From a virus, in the IMG/VR virus record IMGVR_UViG_3300017963_000003, positions 128,261 to 192,260 of that record: a stretch of 64,000 bases of DNA. One strand, written 5' to 3'. The number at the start of each line of letters is the position of its first letter. Positions within the stretch are counted from its first letter, which is position 1. The position numbers and the translations under genes were made by a program. The notes under the pieces were generated by a model that was given only the letters and a program-made list of their open reading frames with translations, did no database searches and was not told where the DNA came from. Of this stretch, positions 36,576-43,702 are shown in pieces.

Positions 36576-37393
36576 CAAGGGGTACTCCAGCGCTCCACTA
36601 CATCAATGAAGTTGTCGTGAGCGTCTTCCTCGGTGTGTGCGTGCCACGTCTCCGTCTTGCCATCAGCCCACACCACCTGGACCGTCTTTCCGAAGCGGTA
36701 CACTGTGCACGACTGGGTCTCGGGGTAAGGAGAATCCATCCAAGGGATGTGCTCCTCCTCGTCGGGCTCCTGCGTATCCACCAGAGCCTGCGCAGACTTC
36801 TTGTCCAGCCACACCGAGTCGATCAGGGCATAGATCAAGTCCTCCTGCTCCGGGGTGAATACCCACCGGACACCCATGTTCTCTTCGGCCCACCCACGAG
36901 GAGTATTCCCGCGTTCCTCGGACGTCGCCATCCAGTCAGCAACCATCTCAGCAATGTCGAGAACTCCCATCCCGCTACCATCGATAGGTCGCTCCGCAGG
37001 GCCGTCCCGATCCTCTTCGTTGAGGACGTCCAGCGTTTCGAGCTGATGGTACTCCGGATGGTGGGGGTTGTTCAGAATGTGATGCTGAGTGGCCGCCTTG
37101 ATCGCGTCGTCCATCCCCTCTGGGAGCTGGCACTCAACGCCGTCGTCCTGGCACTTGTAGCGCCACGTCAACCAGACGTACGGGTCCAGCTCGGGTTCGT
37201 CAAACTTCCCCGCATCGTGCTCTTCTCCGCGCTCGATCAACCCATCCAACCCATCCCACGCGTCCTCCAGGAGGCGACAGTACTTCTGAACCAGGGCTAT
37301 GTGCCGTTCAGTGCGCTCGACGAAGTGACGCTTCATCTCGTCGTCGAGCATCTCCGCAATACGCCTCAGCGCCGCCCCTGTGATGCCTCTCAT
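36575..37393 (-). CDS. Leader-tagged HD-domain protein (DUF5662-like)
   Basis: Leader MRGITGAALRRIAE; RHI..V, HDAGKF, HHILNNPHHPEY, EMVADW. Confidence 0.7.
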   Translation of the reverse strand: MRGITGAALRRIAEMLDDEMKRHFVERTERHIALVQKYCRLLEDAWDGLDGLIERGEEHDAGKFDEPELDPYVWLTWRYKCQDDGVECQLPEGMDDAIKAATQHHILNNPHHPEYHQLETLDVLNEEDRDGPAERPIDGSGMGVLDIAEMVADWMATSEERGNTPRGWAEENMGVRWVFTPEQEDLIYALIDSVWLDKKSAQALVDTQEPDEEEHIPWMDSPYPETQSCTVYRFGKTVQVVWADGKTETWHAHTEEDAHDNFIDVVERWSTP

Positions 37394-37395
37394 CC

Positions 37396-37926
37396 TCACC
37401 TCTGGGACTCTTGCTTCCCGGCCCACTCGCCGGTCACAGCGTACGCGGCCTCTTCGAGGTGGTTCCCATGGTAGGCCTCCTCCCCGCGCATCCACGCCTG
37501 GAAGGAAGCGCTGGCATAGGAGAGCGCACCCGCCGCCACCCACGAGATGCCCCCACAAAGGGCTCCCGGTACCGGAGAGCCTGCGCTCCACGAGAGCAAG
37601 AACATCGTCAATCCGTACAGGAACCCAAGCAGCATCGCGGCCTCGTACTGCTCACTGTGGAAGTGCTCGTGGAACTCCACTGGAGTGTCGATGCCCTCGC
37701 CACCGGCTGCCGTGGGGAAGAACATGCCACCATGACCGAGACAGTTGCCGCCCATCTTGAACTTCCGGTCAGGCCACGAGCCTTCCTTGAACTCGAACCA
37801 AAGACCTTCCAGCCAGTGAAGCTTGTGACCCCAGAGCGCCCATGCGGTCAGGATGACGACCCACGAGATGATGTCCCACGGCCACGTCCACAGGTAGGTC
37901 AGGTAGTAGCGTGCTGGACGTTTCAT
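37396..37926 (-). CDS. Membrane protein (no leader)
   Basis: Three hydrophobic helices; HEHFHSEQ motif. Confidence 0.7.
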   Translation of the reverse strand: MKRPARYYLTYLWTWPWDIISWVVILTAWALWGHKLHWLEGLWFEFKEGSWPDRKFKMGGNCLGHGGMFFPTAAGGEGIDTPVEFHEHFHSEQYEAAMLLGFLYGLTMFLLSWSAGSPVPGALCGGISWVAAGALSYASASFQAWMRGEEAYHGNHLEEAAYAVTGEWAGKQESQR

Positions 37927-39209
37927 AGCGCCTCCTCGTACTCGCGCATCAACTGGTACGCTTCTTCAAAGCGCCCAACCCAAGGATTGCGTTCAATCAC
38001 CACAGGTACCTCACCAAGTCCGGCACGCTGAGCAGCGAACCAGCGGTGGTGCCCATCCTCGATGAGGTAGAGACCGTCCCCGACAGGAGTTACCGTCAAC
38101 GGCCCCATGTACCGGGGCCAACCCTCGGCCTTGTAGAACTGGTCTTCGATGTCATTTATCGAGGAGGGGTCTTTCTCTTCTAGAGGTTCCGTAGGGTACA
38201 ACGAGTCCACCGGAACCCACGTTGCCGATGACAGGTCTTCAGGTAGCGCCTCGGCAATGCGACGAACTCCGTTGCCCAGCTGAAGCTCAGGCTCCTCTTT
38301 CTCCTCCAGAGGCACGTAGTAAATGTCTTTATAGTCCTCCGGATTAGGCCATGTAGGCTCCACTACTCCTTGCTCCGCGACTCCCCGAGGAAGTTCTATT
38401 TCGAGAATCACAGGGTCTTCCAAAGATCCGTCCCAGCCCCCTTTGCGGGCGTACTCACGCGCAGACACCAGCGTACCAAACAGGTACACCCCGTACCCCC
38501 AATCCCCCCACCCACCCCAAAACCCTTCACGCTCGATACTGTCAGCAGACTCCCTATCGGTGACGTGGTAATAGGTCTCCGTACGCTGAGCCTCAGCAAC
38601 ACGACGCTCCTCCAAAGGATGGTCGGGCATCAGGTAGTCGTTCTGCCAATACAACACCTCCGGCTCGCCGTAGTGCTCTGAGAACTCGTTCTCAATTATC
38701 TCGCCGGTCTCTTCTCGGTCGAACGCCTTCTCCGGATCAATGGTATCCCAGTCTTCGAGAGGAACCCACCTCTCGCCGTTCCAGACGAACACTTCCTCGG
38801 GGTCGACATCATCGACGATCCAGGCATCCGCGAAAGCGTCTCGTGTACCGATCTCGTCGCGCTTCAAACCCTCGAAGACGTTGGTACGCACCGCGAGCAC
38901 CACAGGGAAGGTGCCGGTGAAGAACTCCTGCTCGTCACCGACCAACTCATTCTGCCCCCAGTCCTCCGACCGGCTGTACCAGAATAGAAGACCGTCCCAA
39001 GTCGTTGTAAAGACGCCCTGCTTGCTGTGCTCCGAGTAACCAGCGCCCTGCCCTACCCCACCTCCCACGTCTCCGAGAAGACCCTCTTCAGAGATACCAT
39101 CGAGATTCCGATAGTAGGTCACGTGGTACACAACATCCGGAACGTCCCCAAAGAACCCCTCCTGCGCGATCCTCCTCAATCCGGAATCTGGGATACCTCT
39201 CAACCTCAT
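37923..39209 (-). CDS. Leader-tagged three-domain protein: ART-like, ART-like, ParB/sulfiredoxin-like
   Basis: Leader MRLRGIPDSGLRRIAQ; YHVTYYRNLDGISEEGL; RRVAE linker; YHVTDRESADSIEREGF; RRIAE linker; LIEDGHHRWFAA. Confidence 0.7.
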   Translation of the reverse strand: MRLRGIPDSGLRRIAQEGFFGDVPDVVYHVTYYRNLDGISEEGLLGDVGGGVGQGAGYSEHSKQGVFTTTWDGLLFWYSRSEDWGQNELVGDEQEFFTGTFPVVLAVRTNVFEGLKRDEIGTRDAFADAWIVDDVDPEEVFVWNGERWVPLEDWDTIDPEKAFDREETGEIIENEFSEHYGEPEVLYWQNDYLMPDHPLEERRVAEAQRTETYYHVTDRESADSIEREGFWGGWGDWGYGVYLFGTLVSAREYARKGGWDGSLEDPVILEIELPRGVAEQGVVEPTWPNPEDYKDIYYVPLEEKEEPELQLGNGVRRIAEALPEDLSSATWVPVDSLYPTEPLEEKDPSSINDIEDQFYKAEGWPRYMGPLTVTPVGDGLYLIEDGHHRWFAAQRAGLGEVPVVIERNPWVGRFEEAYQLMREYEEAL

Positions 39210-39889
39210 CTCGGCCCCTCGTAAGGTCCCCATCTGGAGAGGGCCGCCTCAAACATCTCAGGCGTGACGCCGTTGACCCCGACGATATACTCAGGGGGAA
39301 CGAAGCCCGTGAACACGACACCTCCTGGATGGAGGTCCCCTCCAAGAGGGACGCTCCCGTCCAGAGGAACATCAACAGTCACCCAAGGGAAATGCTTGTT
39401 ATGCCGCTCAGATTCACTCGAAGGGTGGTTGACGCCTACTCCGAAAACAGACGTCGGTGACTCACTGCTTCTCCCAGCGCCCTCTGGTTGCGACACGAGG
39501 CCTTGAGAAAGGATAGACTGCATGAGGACCAGGCCTATACCGCCTTGCATGCCCGCAGAGTGAGAGAAACGGAAAGTCCCTTCTAGGGGTGAAGGAAGGT
39601 ACCGTTCGTCCTGCACAGCACTCCAGGCCTCCATTGCAATAGGTCTGATGAGGTCCCACTCATCCGTGTATTGTAGCTCTCTGAACTCCTCGGCAGACAT
39701 CCCCAGAAGATCGCCCATGATCGACGCAAACGCGTCCGCGTCGTACATGAGGTTGCCCACATCGGACCAACGCAACGCGAAATAGGCCGCCATCTCCTCC
39801 ACATCAGGGAGTGCGATGTCGCGCCCATCCCCTTCTGCGGACTGTGCGATCCTTCTCAATCCGGAATCTGGGATGCCTTGGAGTTTCAT
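39206..39889 (-). CDS. Leader-tagged protein with a possibly degenerate ART-like C-domain
   Basis: Leader MKLQGIPDSGLRRIAQ; FSHS...SILSQGL...GFVPPEYI. Confidence 0.65.
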   Translation of the reverse strand: MKLQGIPDSGLRRIAQSAEGDGRDIALPDVEEMAAYFALRWSDVGNLMYDADAFASIMGDLLGMSAEEFRELQYTDEWDLIRPIAMEAWSAVQDERYLPSPLEGTFRFSHSAGMQGGIGLVLMQSILSQGLVSQPEGAGRSSESPTSVFGVGVNHPSSESERHNKHFPWVTVDVPLDGSVPLGGDLHPGGVVFTGFVPPEYIVGVNGVTPEMFEAALSRWGPYEGPR

Positions 39890-40278
39890 CAGTACAGCTT
39901 CATCCCCAAGCTTTTAGCCTTCTCCGCACGCTCAGGTCTCGTAGATCCAGCATCCAACGAGATGTCTCCATCTCCTGTGATGCGATAACGCGCGTACCCT
40001 CCGTCACCGTAGAGAACCCATACGTAGCTATCACGCATAAGTTCCCAATAGTCCTCTTCATCCCGGTAAGGCAACGACTCCTCCAAAGCCTCTTCCAGCC
40101 TCTGGAGGATTCCGCCCCAGGAGTACTCGGAATCTTCCGCAACACTGCGTCGTGCCCACGACTCACCCTCTATCTGAGTGAGTACCTCAAGGACACCGTC
40201 AGGGTCCTCCAAGACGTTCAGACCTCCCGACTGCGCGATCCTCCTCAACCCGGAATCTGGGATGCCTTGGAGTTTCAT
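39889..40278 (-). CDS. Leader-tagged small acidic protein
   Basis: Leader MKLQGIPDSGLRRIAQ. Confidence 0.75.
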   Translation of the reverse strand: MKLQGIPDSGLRRIAQSGGLNVLEDPDGVLEVLTQIEGESWARRSVAEDSEYSWGGILQRLEEALEESLPYRDEEDYWELMRDSYVWVLYGDGGYARYRITGDGDISLDAGSTRPERAEKAKSLGMKLY

Positions 40279-41633
40279 TACAGATCACGCCCCCAGTCGC
40301 CGCCCCCGAAACTGCTCAAGTACCCCATGACCTCCCGGTACGAGGGGTCGTCGTGAGCCTCTCCCCACGTACGGTCCGCGAAGTCCTGGCCAAGCTCACG
40401 AGTCAGATCGTACAGTTCGCTGGAGGCTGCGAACTCCACCTCGTTCCACGAGGAGCCGAACTCGTAGTGTCCAGATGCACCAGCATCCTCCTCGAACGTT
40501 AGCTCCCGGTCCCATTCTGTGAGCAACGCCTCGGCAGCGGCACGATGCTCCTCGAAGGAACTTACGGAGCGAACCTGGTCCCGGAGACGAAGAAGGTTCC
40601 GAGAGGTCTGCCGCTGGAACTCATGGACTTCGTCCATCGTGTACGTGCGCTGGGCGATGCGCCGCATCATCGCGACCACCCTGCCCCCACTATCACCAGA
40701 CTCTCGATACGGAGGGCTCGGAGGCTCGGGAAGTTCACCCTGGAGATGCGGAGCGGCTTCAAGCAGACGCTTCAGGGTAGTGCCGTGGTACTCGATGCTG
40801 CGTGGTTGGTACTGGGTCTCCGAGAACAAGGAGGTCTGATCGCTCTCAGGCTCTCCCCAAACGAGCTGCTCCTCGAAATCAAAGTAGCCCCCGTAGACGT
40901 CATCGATCCAGGGGATGTTGAACCCCGGCCAGCGAGATTCCAACTCGCCCTCCGCGTTATCGTAGTCCTCCATCTCGGTAGCAACCGGAGTGATGAACCA
41001 GACCGCGCGAACACGGTCAGCCCCTACGTCTTCGGTGTACCGGTACTGGTCCGTAGCCAACATCAACAGCTCAGAGGAGAAGTCACCTGTCTGCATGTAC
41101 TTCCGGAACGCATCCGGGAACCCCGACTCCTCTACAAGACCAGACAGCGGGTTACCGAAGTGGTAGAACGTCCCCTCCGCGATCATACTCAAAGGATCGG
41201 TCGAAGAGGCATCAGGCTCTGTATCCGACTCCAAGATGTCGAACGCGGCATCGCGAATCTCCTCGTCAGAGGAGTCGACTGTCAAGTCGTGCCACCCTGC
41301 CATCTCCTGGAGATGAAGCTCCAAGACTTCCCAAACCATCTCCTCGGCGTCGTAATCCGTCTGCGGCTCGTGACCGCTCATGTCCAGGGCGACCACCACG
41401 GGATAGTCGGTTACGTAGTGAACATCGTTCTCGTCCGAATCAGTGTAGGACTGCGCGACACGACCCACCGCGTACTGAGCAGCGATCTTGAGATCACCCG
41501 TAGTGTGGAAACCCGGATGCGTGGTTACCCCTTTATACTTCTCTCCCACTGAGTAAGGCGGTTCGGCCAGGAAGTCGCCTACCTTGCGAGAGATCCTGTG
41601 AAGGGCCTGATCTGTGATGCCAGGAAGCCGCAT
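40278..41633 (-). CDS. Leader-tagged multidomain protein, ART-like N-domain
   Basis: Leader MRLPGITDQALHRISR; GFHTTGDLKIAAQYA...YPVVVALD; internal MMRRIAQ before the last domain. Confidence 0.7.
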   Translation of the reverse strand: MRLPGITDQALHRISRKVGDFLAEPPYSVGEKYKGVTTHPGFHTTGDLKIAAQYAVGRVAQSYTDSDENDVHYVTDYPVVVALDMSGHEPQTDYDAEEMVWEVLELHLQEMAGWHDLTVDSSDEEIRDAAFDILESDTEPDASSTDPLSMIAEGTFYHFGNPLSGLVEESGFPDAFRKYMQTGDFSSELLMLATDQYRYTEDVGADRVRAVWFITPVATEMEDYDNAEGELESRWPGFNIPWIDDVYGGYFDFEEQLVWGEPESDQTSLFSETQYQPRSIEYHGTTLKRLLEAAPHLQGELPEPPSPPYRESGDSGGRVVAMMRRIAQRTYTMDEVHEFQRQTSRNLLRLRDQVRSVSSFEEHRAAAEALLTEWDRELTFEEDAGASGHYEFGSSWNEVEFAASSELYDLTRELGQDFADRTWGEAHDDPSYREVMGYLSSFGGGDWGRDL

Positions 41634-41636
41634 GTA

Positions 41637-41930
41637 CTACTCAAACAAGTCAGGGTTCGCACCCCACATCGAATCCAGCAGGGTGTTGAGTTCCTGAGAC
41701 AAGGTCTCCACGTTCTGTACGCATTCGACAAAGCTCTCTGCGTGGTCTCTGCCGAAGCGGCCCTCGTCCATGGCTTGGCTGAACTCCTGAAGGGAGCCCG
41801 CAGCGAACGTAGCGTTCGAGAGCAGTCGAGCCAGGATGTCCCTATCGCCGTCAGAGATCTCCGCAACTACCTGACGCTCTCCGTTCCGCGCAATCCGGCG
41901 TATCCCGTCATCAGTGATTCCACGCTTCAT
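41637..41930 (-). CDS. Leader-tagged small helical protein
   Basis: Leader MKRGITDDGIRRIAR. Confidence 0.7.
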   Translation of the reverse strand: MKRGITDDGIRRIARNGERQVVAEISDGDRDILARLLSNATFAAGSLQEFSQAMDEGRFGRDHAESFVECVQNVETLSQELNTLLDSMWGANPDLFE

Positions 41931-42148
41931 CGAGTCCTCCTAACGGTAACCTTCTTGGGCAGAGGACCACACTGAAGAGTGGCTTCAGTATACCCCAACC
42001 CCTTGTCTTCGATCTTGAGAACCTCGCAACCAGGGTGCTTGGCGCGCAGGTACCGCATCAACTCACGGTCCGCACAACCACCTTGAATTGCTAGAAAAAC
42101 AGCTACAACGGCAGAAAGAATGAGTCCGACGTAGCGAGTAGTCATCAT
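41927..42148 (-). CDS. Small exported or lipoprotein-like protein
   Basis: Signal-like N-terminus ending in GGC; own TTGACA-17-TATATA promoter at ~42168-42196. Confidence 0.6.
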   Translation of the reverse strand: MMTTRYVGLILSAVVAVFLAIQGGCADRELMRYLRAKHPGCEVLKIEDKGLGYTEATLQCGPLPKKVTVRRTR

Positions 42149-42199
42149 GCCCTCCAAGTACCCTCCCTATATAGCACAGCCTTAGAGGGTTGTCAACAA

Positions 42200-43696
42200 C
42201 TACTCCCTCTTCGAGCTGGCCTTGAGATCGTCCCAACGCACCTTGATGAGACGGCCGTCATCGAGGCGCATGAAGTAGTAGTCACCCTGCTTGTCGAACT
42301 GCGACTCCGCGTACCCCCTCGTCCCCTTCGGATAGGTGGTGGTCTGGCCCCAGCCGGTAGTGACGGTCACGTCGTTCTTGAGCTGAACACGCTCGTTGGA
42401 GTTGAACGCGTACTGCTCGTCCTCGATGAGTCCAGGATCGAGGTCATGCCGGATGTTACCCAACTCGTCCTCGCGCTCCTCAGCGGTTTCGATCTCCTCG
42501 AAGGCGAGCTTGATCTGATCGGCACGTGAACCACGCGGAGGAACGCGTACGTTCACTGAGTCCTCGATGAGGCCAACCCCGTCACTGGGAATGCTGTGCT
42601 GGGGAGGGTTACCCATCGGGTCATGCTCGTCGGAAGGGGGTCCGATAGGGTCGGCCTCGGAGAGTTTGTTCGGGAAATCGTCCGAATTGCCCAAGGGCGC
42701 TCGGTCGATCTTCATCTCGCCCTGCTCGACAGGACCCATGCCAGGGGTACGGATCTGCGGACGACCGGGCTCAGTACGAGCCGGCATCGCATCAGCGACA
42801 CGGAAGGGAGTGGAGAGGTCCACCCCCTCCATCAGGACCACACCGGCCGTCAAGGGCGTCTGAAGATCCACACCCTCCATGAGTTCTGCAAGGTCGTCAG
42901 CCATGTTGGGGGCCTTCTCGACCGGGCTCATGGGGGTCTCGTGGACATTCTGCTGGAGAGCCGACAGCAGGAGGTCTTCCATCTGACGCTCGATCTCCTG
43001 ACGCTTCTTCCAGGTACCGGCGCACTCCACGTTGTTCATGCGGTCACGAACATCGAGAAGCTCACGCACCTTGGCAATCGCCGCGCCTTCGAGCGGGTCT
43101 CCGGCGAAGCAATCGAGGAACTCAGAGATCGAGTCCACTCCCCAACACGAGGTCTTGCGGCTACCCTGGACGACGATGACGATCTGGTCTGCCGGAGCGG
43201 CCTTCATGCGCTCCAGGTTGAGCATGTTCAGCTCGTGACAGATCTTCGACTCCTCGTCCCATTGCGCGCTCAACTCCTTGTCGTACTCGTCACTCTCCAG
43301 GTCGAGGGCGAAGAGCTGCTCCAGGAGAGCCACGGCCTCCTGCTCGAAGGGCGTACCCTTGAGCTTGTAGAACCAGTCCTCCCAATACATCGACTCGCTG
43401 TATGCGCGCTTCTTCGACATCGCCGTAGCCTCCAGGGCGCCAGCCCCCTCTCCGAGCGTCCCCCGCTGGGATTCGAAGAGGTCGACCGCTGCCTCGCTCA
43501 CGTAGGTCAGGATTTCGTTCGAGCCGTCGAGGAACTCGTTCTCGCCTTCAAAATCGTCCAGGTTCACTGGGATCTCTACCTGCCAAGGGAGACCCGAACT
43601 CTCCGTCACGCTGACCAGGTACGTACCTTCGGTGTCACTGGGTTCTACCAGAACATCGAAGCCTCGGATGATTGTGGTGAAGCTGTCCTGCGACAT
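42200..43696 (-). CDS. Large modular acidic protein with a C-terminal SH3-like domain
   Basis: ORF track; basic [RK]xA linkers. Confidence 0.8.
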   Translation of the reverse strand: MSQDSFTTIIRGFDVLVEPSDTEGTYLVSVTESSGLPWQVEIPVNLDDFEGENEFLDGSNEILTYVSEAAVDLFESQRGTLGEGAGALEATAMSKKRAYSESMYWEDWFYKLKGTPFEQEAVALLEQLFALDLESDEYDKELSAQWDEESKICHELNMLNLERMKAAPADQIVIVVQGSRKTSCWGVDSISEFLDCFAGDPLEGAAIAKVRELLDVRDRMNNVECAGTWKKRQEIERQMEDLLLSALQQNVHETPMSPVEKAPNMADDLAELMEGVDLQTPLTAGVVLMEGVDLSTPFRVADAMPARTEPGRPQIRTPGMGPVEQGEMKIDRAPLGNSDDFPNKLSEADPIGPPSDEHDPMGNPPQHSIPSDGVGLIEDSVNVRVPPRGSRADQIKLAFEEIETAEEREDELGNIRHDLDPGLIEDEQYAFNSNERVQLKNDVTVTTGWGQTTTYPKGTRGYAESQFDKQGDYYFMRLDDGRLIKVRWDDLKASSKRE

Positions 43697-43702
43697 CTCG
43701 AC

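Noticed and set aside
36127-40278. Diversity-generating retroelement (TR/VR) explanation for the leader repeats
   Set aside because: No reverse transcriptase in the window, the repeats are N-terminal, and differences are not adenine-specific.
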